The position numbers and the translations under genes were made by a program. 64,000 nucleotides of DNA. Origin: Candidatus Hydrogenedentota bacterium. GTDB lineage: Bacteria > Hydrogenedentota > Hydrogenedentia > Hydrogenedentales > CAITNO01. The notes below the pieces were generated by a model, which did no database searches, was not told where the DNA came from, and worked only from the letters and a program-made list of their open reading frames with translations. The stretch covers positions 4,355 to 68,354 of the forward strand of contig JAKOTZ010000030.1 of NCBI GenBank assembly GCA_029776995.1, in the 5' to 3' direction. Position 1 is the first letter of the stretch; each line of letters begins with the position of its first letter. Positions 46,288-56,026 of this stretch are shown in pieces.

Positions 46288-46702
46288 CAGTATTACGGTT
46301 CTCAGAAGCGTTCCAGGCTTCCGCTTCGCGCCGCAGCGCGATAGACCGCTCAAACCGCTGAAGGGCCGTGTCGGCGGACTCCTCAGGCACAACTGAAAAT
46401 AACCGGTCCAGCTGGGTAATCTGGAATACCTCAAAAATCTGCTTTCTGACCCCGCACAGGCGCAGTTCCCCTGCCCGCTGTCGGCAGTACTCATTGATCC
46501 GGAGCAGTTCGGATATGACGGCGCTGCTCATAAACTTAACCGATTCGAAGTTGAGCAGCACGTTAGGTTGGGGGCACTGGCGCAGGCAGGTCATGACGCC
46601 GTTTGAAAAGGCCTGGATGTTCCGGTCATCCAGCATGTCCGCTTCGAGCACTGTACCCAACAATATGTTTCCCCGCTCACTGAAAATAACCTGTACACTC
46701 AT
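46280..46702 (-). CDS. STAS-domain anti-sigma-factor antagonist (RsbV-like)
   Basis: LLNFESVKFMSSAVISELL, LRLCGV, EVFQITQLD. Confidence 0.85.
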   Translation of the reverse strand: MSVQVIFSERGNILLGTVLEADMLDDRNIQAFSNGVMTCLRQCPQPNVLLNFESVKFMSSAVISELLRINEYCRQRAGELRLCGVRKQIFEVFQITQLDRLFSVVPEESADTALQRFERSIALRREAEAWNASENRNTDG

Positions 46703-47136
46703 GGTGTGTTTCCACCGCTAAGGGGAAGGTCCCCCGCGTTTCGCCTGACGCGTTCCATAACCAGGCCGCCCAGCTCCGGGTCATACGCCAGCCGATCCAT
46801 GTAATGGCGGATGAGGCAGATGCCCCGCCCGTCCGGACGCCGGCAGTCCGGCAGGGTTACCCGGTCCGGATCGAATCCTGGACCGTTATCCCGAACAATA
46901 ATCCGGACGCGTTCCACCGTATCCTCGATTTCCAATTCGACCATTCTCGACGCGTCGCCTCCGCACCCGTGCTTGATCGCGTTGGACAGCGCCTCTTCGA
47001 GGGAAAGCCAGTAAGCAAACCGGTCCGACTCGTCCCGGATCCACCCCCGCTGCTCCAGCAGGCTTATGGCCTCTTTACGGAGCTCGCAGGCCGCCTCGCA
47101 TACGGCAGGAATGCATTTCCGGTATACTGTTGCCAT
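46699..47136 (-). CDS. RsbW-like anti-sigma factor / Ser kinase (HATPase_c)
   Basis: EEALSNAIKHG, VRDNGPGFD, GRGICLIRHYMD. Confidence 0.85.
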   Translation of the reverse strand: MATVYRKCIPAVCEAACELRKEAISLLEQRGWIRDESDRFAYWLSLEEALSNAIKHGCGGDASRMVELEIEDTVERVRIIVRDNGPGFDPDRVTLPDCRRPDGRGICLIRHYMDRLAYDPELGGLVMERVRRNAGDLPLSGGNTP

Positions 47137-47270
47137 CAGGTTGTTTCCCCGGAACGCGCCGGATTTCAGACCGGTGAGCCGGTGTCAGTTCAGCCCACGC
47201 GCCATTAACATAACATTTTTAAACGGTTGCATGCATCCGGTGTCGCGGATGAAGGGAGTTGGCTGCACAC

Positions 47271-47819
47271 ATGAACCGTAAACCCTTGCCTACCTCTGAA
47301 TCCTGTTTTATCTGCGGCGAGGAAAACCCCCATGGCCTGCGCGCGCGGTTTTACGCGGAAGATGAGTGGACGGTTCTGCCGGTTCAGCCGGACCCGCATC
47401 TGTGCGGATACTCGGGCGTGGTCCACGGCGGTGTGGTCGCCGCCATGCTGGATGAGTGCATGGGCTGGGCGGCCGCGCGGGCCATCGGCAGAATGTGCGT
47501 AACCGCTGAACTTACCGTCCGGTATCTTCGGAGAACACCGGCCGGCGTTCCCCTGGAGGTCCGGGCGCGGTGTGAACGCGCCAGCCGGCTGCTGGCTTTT
47601 ACGCAGGCGGTGCTGGTAGACGACAAGGGCACGGTTTATGCCCGCGCGTCCGGCAAGTTTATGCCGCTGTCCAAAGAGGAAACACTGCAAATCGACGACG
47701 GCATGCGTTACCGGGGAGATGAACTGCGGGTGTTTGATCCCTTGCGCTGCCCACATCAGCCGCCGGACACGGAACAGTCCCCAACCCCAACAGGATATGA
47801 TCTCCGGAAAACGGATTAA
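47271..47819 (+). CDS. PaaI-family thioesterase (hotdog fold)
   Basis: CFICGEENPHGL, GVVHGGVVAAMLDECMG, TAELTVRYLR. Confidence 0.88.
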   Translation: MNRKPLPTSESCFICGEENPHGLRARFYAEDEWTVLPVQPDPHLCGYSGVVHGGVVAAMLDECMGWAAARAIGRMCVTAELTVRYLRRTPAGVPLEVRARCERASRLLAFTQAVLVDDKGTVYARASGKFMPLSKEETLQIDDGMRYRGDELRVFDPLRCPHQPPDTEQSPTPTGYDLRKTD

Positions 47820-47841
47820 CGGTTCAGAGGAGAGATTCGGG

Positions 47842-49812
47842 ATGGACTATCGGCGGGAAAACGGCTGGAGCAGGCGTGAGTTTCATGCCGCCCTGGCGGC
47901 AGGGCTGTATGTTCTGGCTGGAAAAGCGCGCTCGGATACAAAAGACCCTTCCGGCACAGGAGGCGGCCTGGATACGGTTCCCCTGGCGGTATCGGATACC
48001 CTGCGCCCGCTCCCGCCAGGCTCGGTGAGGTTCACGGGACCGCTCAACCGGTACATCAGACGCTCCCTGGAGCGGTGGAATATGGGGGTAGTCCCTTACG
48101 GCGGCTTCGTCCGGATGTTCAGGGAAGGCCGAAAAATGTTCGCCCAGGGCGAAATGTGGGGAAAAGCGGTACGCTCGGGCAGCCTGTTTTACCGGTATAC
48201 CCGGGACGCTGGCCTGAAAGATATCCTGCAGAAAACGGTTGCCGATCTGCTGGCCTGTCGCCGCGAGAACGGCAGCATCAGCTGTTCCCCGGTTGCGTCG
48301 CAGCCTGACGGCCCGGGCGGGGATATCTGGGAACGGAAATACGTCCTTCTCGGGCTGGATGAGTACTACGAACAGGTGGAGCGCGATCCGGCGGTGCTGG
48401 ATGCCATGGTGGCCCAGGCGGACAGCGTGCTGGCCCAGGTCGGTCCGCCCCCAAAAGTCCGCATCGTGGACCTGGGCTGGAGCGCGAATCATATTGAGTC
48501 CAGTACGATTCTGGAACCGATACTCCGCCTGTACCGCCGGACGGGCTTCTCCCGTTATCTGGATTTCGCCCGGTACATCATCGAAGAAGAAGGCGGCGCG
48601 ATGGGATACAACATCATCCGGGAGGCGCTTGAAGGCCGGGATCCCGCCAAAATCGGCGGCCCATATCCCAAAGCGTATGAAATGATGTCGCTGTTCGAGG
48701 GGGTGGCCGAGTATTACCGCGTCACAGGAAATGAAACCTGGAAAACCGCCCTCATGAACCTTTATCGGGGAATTATTGAAAAAGAACTGACCCTGATCGG
48801 AAACGGGGGCGGCGACCAGCCCCACAGTCCCGCGCTGTACGGCGAAGGATGGGACTATACCGCCCTCGAGCAGACCAATCCCGCCATCCAGCGCATGATG
48901 GAAACCTGCGCCGGCGTAACCTGGCTGAAACTTTGCGGGCACATCCTCCGGCTGTTCGCGGATCCGACCGCCGCGGATTGCGTGGAACGGTACGCCTACA
49001 ATGGGTTGATCGGCGCCATGAAACCGGAGGGAGACGGTTTCAGCTACGTCAACCTGCTGAACGGGCGCAAGACCTGCGTGGAAGGCTGGGGAGATACGAT
49101 TGACGGCGTTTACGTAACCTGCTGCAACCTGAATGGCCCCATGGGCCTGGCCTCGCTGCCGTGGCTGGCCGCCCTGCAGGCAACCGACGGGCCGGTATTG
49201 TGCCTGTACGATCCCGTGCGGATCGCCGCCAAAACCCCGGCCGGCCACACCGTAGCGATAGCCGTGGATACCGATTATCCGCAGGGCGGTATTGTCCGGA
49301 TAAACGTCGACCCTGAACGGGAAGAAAAATTTTCACTCCAGTTGCGCATTCCGGCGTGGTCTGTCCGGACATCCCTGAAAGTAAACGGGGAAACCATACC
49401 GGTACAGCCGGGCAGTTTCGCGCGGGTGGACCGGATATGGCGTCCGGGTGACCGGGTGGAACTGGAACTGGACATGCGCGCCCGGGTGATTGATGCCCCG
49501 CGGGGCAGCGACCGCCGGGGGGACCGCTTCCGTGCCGTGGTGCGGGGACCGGTCGTGCTGGCGCGGGATGAAAATATAGATCCGCATTTTGACCGGCCGG
49601 TTGACCTCGCGCGGGATTCGGATGGGTATATTGAGGCTGAACCGGTTTCCCCTCCCGGGCCGGATACCCTGGTGGCAGTACGGGTGCCGACCGCGGACGG
49701 GCCGATAACGCTGGTGGACTACGCATCCGTCAACTGCTGGAACGGCAAACGGATCTGCACCTGGCTTCCCATGAAAACCCTGCCGGATGAACCGATGCGG
49801 GGGCAAAGCTGA
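47842..49812 (+). CDS. Tat-exported GH127-like beta-L-arabinofuranosidase
   Basis: SRREF Tat leader; GEMWGK, KAYEMMS, ETCAGVTW, TCCNLNG, LRIPAWS, RGPVVLA. Confidence 0.82.
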   Translation: MDYRRENGWSRREFHAALAAGLYVLAGKARSDTKDPSGTGGGLDTVPLAVSDTLRPLPPGSVRFTGPLNRYIRRSLERWNMGVVPYGGFVRMFREGRKMFAQGEMWGKAVRSGSLFYRYTRDAGLKDILQKTVADLLACRRENGSISCSPVASQPDGPGGDIWERKYVLLGLDEYYEQVERDPAVLDAMVAQADSVLAQVGPPPKVRIVDLGWSANHIESSTILEPILRLYRRTGFSRYLDFARYIIEEEGGAMGYNIIREALEGRDPAKIGGPYPKAYEMMSLFEGVAEYYRVTGNETWKTALMNLYRGIIEKELTLIGNGGGDQPHSPALYGEGWDYTALEQTNPAIQRMMETCAGVTWLKLCGHILRLFADPTAADCVERYAYNGLIGAMKPEGDGFSYVNLLNGRKTCVEGWGDTIDGVYVTCCNLNGPMGLASLPWLAALQATDGPVLCLYDPVRIAAKTPAGHTVAIAVDTDYPQGGIVRINVDPEREEKFSLQLRIPAWSVRTSLKVNGETIPVQPGSFARVDRIWRPGDRVELELDMRARVIDAPRGSDRRGDRFRAVVRGPVVLARDENIDPHFDRPVDLARDSDGYIEAEPVSPPGPDTLVAVRVPTADGPITLVDYASVNCWNGKRICTWLPMKTLPDEPMRGQS

Positions 49813-49863
49813 TGTCCCGCGCGTGCCCGTGGAAAAGCGTGAAATGAATATCTTACGTGCGGC

Positions 49864-49878
49864 GTTTACTGGTAAACT
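49864..49878. promoter_or_regulatory. Palindrome GTTTAC-TG-GTAAAC overlapping a TGG-TAAACT -10 of the nitroreductase gene
   Basis: Seen directly 32-46 nt upstream of the ATG. Confidence 0.4.
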
Positions 49879-49909
49879 GTATGTTGCCGCTGAATGAGGA
49901 GGGTTTTTT

Positions 49910-50515
49910 ATGCACGTTTTTGACGCGATAGAACAGCGCCGCTCTGTGAAAAAATTCGATCCGGCCCACCGGATGCCTGAACCGGAACTGCGCCGGCTGC
50001 TGGAGCTGGCTATGCTGTCCCCCACCGCGTTCAATATCCAGAACTGGCGGTTTGTGGTGGTGCAGGATCCGGAGCTTCGCCGGAAGATCCGCACCGTAGC
50101 CTGGGACCAGGCGCAGGTGACCGACGCCTCCGCGCTGATTATTGTCTGCGCTGATCTCAAGGCCTGGGAAAAGGATCCGGGGCGGTACTGGAGGAACGCC
50201 GCGCCCGAGGTGCAGCAGATGCTGGTCGGCATGATCGACGCCTATTACCGGGGCAAAGACCAGGTGCAGCGGGACGAAGCCATGCGGTCCTGCGGCATTG
50301 CGGCCCAGACCCTCATGCTCGCGGCAAAAGCCATGGGGTATGACACCTGCCCCATGGACGGATTTGATTTCGACGCGGTGGCGGAACTGATCGGGCTGCC
50401 CCCCGACCACGTGATTTCCATGATGATTGCCGTAGGCAAGCCCCTCGCCCCGGCCTGGCCGCGTTCCGGACCGATCGCCTACGAAGAGGCGGTCATCATT
50501 AACCGGTTTGCCTGA
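49910..50515 (+). CDS. Nitroreductase-family protein
   Basis: AIEQRRSVKKFD, SPTAFNIQNWRFVV, GYDTCPMDGFD. Confidence 0.92.
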   Translation: MHVFDAIEQRRSVKKFDPAHRMPEPELRRLLELAMLSPTAFNIQNWRFVVVQDPELRRKIRTVAWDQAQVTDASALIIVCADLKAWEKDPGRYWRNAAPEVQQMLVGMIDAYYRGKDQVQRDEAMRSCGIAAQTLMLAAKAMGYDTCPMDGFDFDAVAELIGLPPDHVISMMIAVGKPLAPAWPRSGPIAYEEAVIINRFA

Positions 50516-50744
50516 ACTCGACGGGAAGGCGGATCGCTCCGGTAAAAGCCACGTCAGGGCTGTCTCCCCATTCATGCCCGCGGCTTTCGCTCGCCTGCGG
50601 TTGGGGTTCGTTTTTTCCGCGCCGGTTGAGCCTCTATTCACAAGGCAAATATTTTGAATTGCTGTTTCATAAGGCTCTAAGATGAGACAGGAAACTGGCG
50701 GGAGGGTTATATTTTCCCTTCGGTTCAAGCAAGGAGACAAAACG

Positions 50745-51965
50745 ATGAAACGCATGGTCATGGTGGCAGCAGTTCTGGCCGGGATGGCCGCATTGGCCGC
50801 GGGCGCCCAGGAAGCCGAAGATATCACGCCGACGACGGATCTTTCAGGGTGGCAGGCTTTGGGCGGACAGTGGACCGTCAAGGACGGCGTGGTATCCGGG
50901 CTGGCCCGTAAAGATGAAAATGCCTGGCTGCTCTGGACCGCCCGTGAACTGGCGGATTTTGAGCTGATTCTGGAATTCCGCACGCCGGTTCCCACCAACG
51001 GAGGCGTCCAGTTCCGGTCGCACTGGCTGCCGCGCGTTCCCCTGAAAGAGGGAGAAACCGCCGATACCGCCCCGAAACAGATGTATGGGTATCAGGCTAA
51101 TATTGAGACCCGCCAGCGGGCCGCCACGGGACGTCTGGTCGATGAAAATGGGCGGGGTCCCCTGGCGGAAGCCGACGAAGCAGCCCTGAAAACCCTGAAG
51201 CAGAAGGACTGGAACACGATGACCGTCCGCGCGGTGGGTAACCTGCTTGAAATCAGCCTGAACGGAGTGCCCGCCGTGAAGTACGAAGATGAGGCATTTA
51301 TCGGGGGATATCTTGCCCTGCAGAGTTTTGCCTGGGACCTGCAGGGAGAAAGCGCCGCGGTGGAATACCGGAACCTGAAACTGCGCGATTTGGGCCGTAC
51401 CGGGAACTGGCGCGCTCTTTTTGACGGGAAATCCTTCGACGGATGGAAGAAATGGGGAGAAGAAGAGTGGTCTATTGAGGACGGAACGATCGTGGGCCGG
51501 TGCGGCCCGAAGAAAAGCGAAGGATATCTGGCCACCATCGAAACCTGGAAGGATTTCCGGGTCCGGGGCCGGTTCCGCATGCTGGGAGAAGGTAATTACG
51601 GGCTGTTTTACCACTCCACCATAACGCTCCGGGAAGATGGCTATCCTGTCATCGCCGGGCTGCAGGGGGAAGTCGCGCCCGAATATCCGTCACCCACAGG
51701 CTGGGTTTACGAAAGCTACAAGCGCGGCTGGCTGGAAAAGCCGGATATGAACCGCCTGGCGGCCTGGGCGCTGCGTCCCGGCGCCTGGAATGAGATTGAA
51801 ATCCGATCCCAGGGAAACCGGGTTACCACCTGGGTCAACGGCGTCCGGGCGGTAGATATCACGGATCAGGGCCAGCAGCTGTTTGAAGGTTCTTTCGCGC
51901 TGCAGCTGCATACGGGTGGCTCTGCAGGCATCATGTGGAAAGACCTGTACGTCCTGAATCCCTGA
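50745..51965 (+). CDS. Exported tandem DUF1080 (3-keto-disaccharide hydrolase-like) protein
   Basis: Signal peptide; two domains with DLSGW/LFDGKSFDGW, NGGVQFRS/NYGLFYHS, WNTMTV/WNEIEI, GYLALQ/GSFALQLH. Confidence 0.85.
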   Translation: MKRMVMVAAVLAGMAALAAGAQEAEDITPTTDLSGWQALGGQWTVKDGVVSGLARKDENAWLLWTARELADFELILEFRTPVPTNGGVQFRSHWLPRVPLKEGETADTAPKQMYGYQANIETRQRAATGRLVDENGRGPLAEADEAALKTLKQKDWNTMTVRAVGNLLEISLNGVPAVKYEDEAFIGGYLALQSFAWDLQGESAAVEYRNLKLRDLGRTGNWRALFDGKSFDGWKKWGEEEWSIEDGTIVGRCGPKKSEGYLATIETWKDFRVRGRFRMLGEGNYGLFYHSTITLREDGYPVIAGLQGEVAPEYPSPTGWVYESYKRGWLEKPDMNRLAAWALRPGAWNEIEIRSQGNRVTTWVNGVRAVDITDQGQQLFEGSFALQLHTGGSAGIMWKDLYVLNP

Positions 51966-51989
51966 TCCAGATCGGACCCGGAAGGCGGA

Positions 51990-52448
51990 TTATTTGGCGG
52001 GAGATGGCGCCGCGGCCGATTTCGGCGCGGTCTCATTCTGAGAACGCATATTGCGGTCCCACCAGTCCGGACGGGACACCGCTTCCCAGTAGGACCGCTC
52101 TAAGATCATGGAAAATGACCGCAGGCTGAACGGTTTGCTCAGAAATCCGTCCGCCCCTGCCAGCAGCGCGTCCGCCATGGGATATTTCCCTTCGTAGGCG
52201 GTCATCATAATGATGCCGAGATCCGGGTAGGACTTCCGGGCATGCCGAATCAATTCCAACCCGTTTATGCCCTCCATTTCGGCATCAGTGATCAGCAGTT
52301 GAAATTGCTCTTGCCGCAGTGCCGCCAGCGCTTCCGTGGCGTTGCCGCAGGGGACCACTCGGTGCCCCATAGCCGCCAGGTGTCCGGCCAGCGACTCCAG
52401 CACGCACGGATCATCTTCAACAATCAGAACGTTTATGCAACGGGCCAT
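51990..52448 (-). CDS. Stand-alone receiver-domain response regulator
   Basis: LIVEDD, LITDAEMEGINGLEL, MMTAY, LSKPF. Confidence 0.9.
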   Translation of the reverse strand: MARCINVLIVEDDPCVLESLAGHLAAMGHRVVPCGNATEALAALRQEQFQLLITDAEMEGINGLELIRHARKSYPDLGIIMMTAYEGKYPMADALLAGADGFLSKPFSLRSFSMILERSYWEAVSRPDWWDRNMRSQNETAPKSAAAPSPAK

Positions 52449-52834
52449 GCCCTAAAGCTCCCAGGGTTCGGTCAATTTCAGCGGTGTCCTCAATATTAGT
52501 ACAAATCCGGCAAATGAATGCAAGTTTTCACCGCTGTGTGTATCTTCAACACTTCTGGAAGCTGAATGAATAACACTGTTGGACGGCATTTTATTCTTCC
52601 TTCAGCTTATCCCATGCTTCAACGCCTGATTTTTATTTTCCGGTCCACTCAGAAGTTTATACGGATTCCTGTGTTTCACCTAAGCAGTATACGGCCGATT
52701 GATGCCGCGGTTACGGACGTAAATTTCAAGGGACTGAGGCTGGAGTCAGGGCGTTGCCGAGTGGAACGAACGGTAAGTATACGCTGTACCCCCCCTGTTT
52801 TTTTCATATTAAGCAGAAATCAGGATTTAAACTG

Positions 52835-52864
52835 TTGACTTTGACGGATCGCGTGGTGTAAACT
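52835..52864 (+). promoter_or_regulatory. Sigma70-like promoter for the V/A-ATPase operon
   Basis: TTGACT-N18-TAAACT. Confidence 0.55.
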
Positions 52865-53002
52865 AATCCCGGTTTTATGCCGGGGAGCCGCTGAACGTTT
52901 TCAGCTGGAAATGCGCTGAGTCTGGCGGAGGAAATTCAGCAGGCAGGTTAGAACCGGCTGGATATCGCATGGATTGCATGCGGTGCGGAGAAAGGCGTAA
53001 TC

Positions 53003-53320
53003 ATGGCGCTGCGGATACTGGAGCAGGTGCTCGCGCTGGAGAAAGAAGCGGAGTCAATGGTCGAGCGGGCGCACGCGGAGGCCCGTGAGATCGAAAAGGA
53101 GGTGGCGGAAAAAATTGCGGCCATGCGCCGGGAAGCTGAATCCAAAGCCGAAATCCGCATTTCCGAGTACCGAGCCAAAGCCGAAGCGGAACTGAAAAAA
53201 TCCCTAGAAGAAGCTGAAGCAGCCCATAAACGGCAGCTGGACCTGATTGCCGCCATTCCCGCGTCTAAAATCCGCGAGCTGGCTGACCGTGTGGTAGCCT
53301 CGCTGGGTGAAGGAGCCTGA
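53003..53320 (+). CDS. ntpF: V/A-type ATPase peripheral stalk subunit G/H
   Basis: Charged coiled coil; first gene of the operon. Confidence 0.8.
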   Translation: MALRILEQVLALEKEAESMVERAHAEAREIEKEVAEKIAAMRREAESKAEIRISEYRAKAEAELKKSLEEAEAAHKRQLDLIAAIPASKIRELADRVVASLGEGA

Positions 53321-53326
53321 CGCTCC

Positions 53327-55375
53327 ATGGCTATTGACCGGATGAAAAAAGTCGTTGTCCTGTGTGAACGGGCATGCGTGGACCGGCTCTTCCGGGAACT
53401 GCACCGCCGCGGCATCATGGAACCGATAGACGCGGCGGCCTGGTGCGGCGATGCAGATTCGCTCCGCCACGGCGAAGTCAACACCGAACACGCGGATCAG
53501 CACCTTCAGAAGATTAATCTGATCCTCAACCTGATGGATAATTTTGCCCCGGAATCCCAGTCGTTTATCCAGGGCCTGGCGCCGGTTCCGTTGCTGGTGG
53601 AAGAAAAAGAACTGGAGGCGGCGCTCAACAGTTTCAACCTGGACGATGTCTACCGTAAAGCGCAGGAACTGGAAGAACGCTGGCGCGGCGCGGAACACCG
53701 CCGCGGTGAAATCCAGTCCCGGCTTGAAGAGTTGACGCCTTTCGAGGAAATTTCCATTCCGGTAAACGATCTGCGCCGTACCAAGTGGATCCGGATGCTC
53801 TTTGGCAAGATGAGCCTGGCGGCGCTGGAATCCCTGCGGAACGATCCGGAAACAGCGTCCGTAATGATGGCGGATGAAATTCCGCCGGGATCCATGCTTC
53901 GGGGTGGCGGAGGCGGCGCGCTTCCAAAAAACGCGCCCCGTTACGTGCTGGCAGCGTTTACTCCGGAAAATGAGGAAAAGGCGCGGAACCTGCTTGCCCG
54001 GCATGGCTTTGAAGAAGTCACCCTGCCGGACATTCCCGGCAAGGTGCGCGACCGCATCCGCGAATTGAAAGAAGAACTGGTAGACGTGGACCGCGCGGTA
54101 GCGGCTGTCCGGGAAGGGGTGCGGCAACTGGCCGGCCATCGCCGCGCGCTCAAAGTGCTGAAAGCGTACTGGGAAAGCGCCAAACGGCTGCAGCAGGCCC
54201 ACGGATACGCCCTGCAGGGGCGGTGGACTACCGTAGTTACAGGATACGTACGGGAACGGGATCTTCCGGCGCTGCGCGAGATGCTGAACCGGGATTTTCC
54301 CGGCGTCGAATGCATGGTGGATGATCCGGAGCCCGGGGAAGAGGTCCCGGTAAGCCTGACAGAAAAACCGGCGGCTCAGCCGCTCAAGCTGCTCACCCGC
54401 ATGTTTGGGTTGCCCTCCTACTGGGCGTTTGACCCTTCACCCTTCATGCTGGTGAATTTTTATATCTTCTTCGGGATCTGCTTCAGTGACGCCGCTTACG
54501 GGCTGATGCTTGCCGCGGCGGCGGCTTATATCGCGAAACGGACCAAGCCTTTCGAAGGGCTCAACAACTTCGCGCGGCTGCTGTTTTGGTCCGGGGTATC
54601 CACTACCGTGTTCGGCTTGCTGATGGGGTCGTTCTTCGGAGACCTCTACAAAGCCTCTTTCATGCCCGAAAACAACCCGCTGCGGACGTTCATGGAAGCC
54701 TGCACCGTATTGGATCTGCAGGCCAAAACCATCCCCGCCCTGATCATCGCGCTGCTCATCGGAATGGCCAACCAGTTCTATGGCATCGGCCTCAAGATGT
54801 ACGGGGCGATCCGGAACAATGACTGGGTAACCGCCCTGAGCGACGGCCTGACCTGGCTGATTATCCTGCCCGGCGCGGCGATTCTGGCGGTGGCGTTTTT
54901 GGCCGGGGTGCCCCGTCCGCTGCTGATGGCCGGTACCGTGATGTTTATCGTGGGCGCGCTGGGGCTGATCGCCACCCAGGGACGGGAAAGTAAGGGAATT
55001 GTCGGCCGCCTGGGGGTGGGCGTCATGAGCATCTACGGGATCGTGGGCTCCTACGGGCTTACCGCGTTCCTGGGAGACACCATGTCCTACTGCCGCCTGC
55101 TGGCCCTCGGGCTGACCACGGGCATTCTGGCGCAGTCGTTCAACATGATCGCCGGAATGCTTTGGGATGTGGCCGGGCCGGTTGGACCGATTCTGACCAT
55201 ACTGGTGCTGGTATTCACGCACCTGTTCAATTTCCTTATCAACGCGCTGGGCGCGTTTGTGCACTCCATGCGTCTGCTGTTCGTGGAATGGTTTGGCCGT
55301 TTCTACGAGGGCGGCGCGAAAGAATTCGAGCCGCTGGGGTTTGATTCTCCCGCGGCCATATTAAAGCGGAATTAA
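53327..55375 (+). CDS. ntpI: V/A-type ATPase subunit I
   Basis: FFGICFSDAAYG, DTMSYCRLLALGL, FVHSMRLLFVEWFGRFYEGG. Confidence 0.95.
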   Translation: MAIDRMKKVVVLCERACVDRLFRELHRRGIMEPIDAAAWCGDADSLRHGEVNTEHADQHLQKINLILNLMDNFAPESQSFIQGLAPVPLLVEEKELEAALNSFNLDDVYRKAQELEERWRGAEHRRGEIQSRLEELTPFEEISIPVNDLRRTKWIRMLFGKMSLAALESLRNDPETASVMMADEIPPGSMLRGGGGGALPKNAPRYVLAAFTPENEEKARNLLARHGFEEVTLPDIPGKVRDRIRELKEELVDVDRAVAAVREGVRQLAGHRRALKVLKAYWESAKRLQQAHGYALQGRWTTVVTGYVRERDLPALREMLNRDFPGVECMVDDPEPGEEVPVSLTEKPAAQPLKLLTRMFGLPSYWAFDPSPFMLVNFYIFFGICFSDAAYGLMLAAAAAYIAKRTKPFEGLNNFARLLFWSGVSTTVFGLLMGSFFGDLYKASFMPENNPLRTFMEACTVLDLQAKTIPALIIALLIGMANQFYGIGLKMYGAIRNNDWVTALSDGLTWLIILPGAAILAVAFLAGVPRPLLMAGTVMFIVGALGLIATQGRESKGIVGRLGVGVMSIYGIVGSYGLTAFLGDTMSYCRLLALGLTTGILAQSFNMIAGMLWDVAGPVGPILTILVLVFTHLFNFLINALGAFVHSMRLLFVEWFGRFYEGGAKEFEPLGFDSPAAILKRN

Positions 55376-55508
55376 GCGTGGAGGTCCGACGCACGGGCGG
55401 CGGACCGGAAACGCGGGCCGAATATAACAGGAAAAGGGCCCCGGGGCCCGGCAGCGCGGAGCGCGGCGTTGCGGGGTCGTGGCCGGAAAAAAGCGATCGG
55501 AGGTTGCA

Positions 55509-55976
55509 ATGGATCTTCAAGCGTTGAGCATGGGACTGACCGTGGCGGGCGCCGGACTGGCGGTGGGTCTGGGTTGCGCCGGGTCCGCCAAAGGCATCGG
55601 TACGGCAGCGCAGGCGGCCGGCGGGGTGCTTAGCGAAAAGCCCCACCTGTTCGGCCGGCTTCTGGTACTGCTGGCGCTGCCGGGTACGCAGGGATTCTAC
55701 GGCTTTATCACCATGATGATGATCATGGGCCGGATGAGTTCGCTGCCCCAGGACCTCAAGACCGGCGTGGCCCTCCTGGTAATGGGTTTCGGTGTGGGAA
55801 TCGCGCTGCTGGTGTCGGCCATCTGGCAGGGACAGGCCTCCGCGGCTTCCATCGCGTGGGTGGCCCGGCGCGAAGGCGACTTCGGTAAGAGCCTGCTGCT
55901 GCCCGCCATGGTGGAAACCTACGCCGTGGTCGGTCTGCTGGCCGGAATTCTCGCGCTGAACACCCTTGCTTCGTGA
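55509..55976 (+). CDS. ntpK: V/A-type ATPase subunit K (4-TM proteolipid, Na+ site)
   Basis: GSAKGIG, LPGTQGFYG, SAIWQG, AMVETYA; SD GGAGGT. Confidence 0.95.
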   Translation: MDLQALSMGLTVAGAGLAVGLGCAGSAKGIGTAAQAAGGVLSEKPHLFGRLLVLLALPGTQGFYGFITMMMIMGRMSSLPQDLKTGVALLVMGFGVGIALLVSAIWQGQASAASIAWVARREGDFGKSLLLPAMVETYAVVGLLAGILALNTLAS

Positions 55977-56026
55977 CGTGGAGCGGGATTCGCGCGACAT
56001 CCAAACCAGGTAAGGGATGCCCCGAC

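Noticed and set aside
44590-46344. 584-aa plus-strand ORF (likewise 57913-59661, 59739-61214, 37098-38354 and 62438-63868)
   Set aside because: These are antisense to well-supported priA, ntpA, ntpB, lon and GH genes and have no motifs.
52566-52838. 90-aa ORF in the ATPase upstream region
   Set aside because: AT-rich, atypical codon usage, no SD or motif, and it runs into the predicted promoter.
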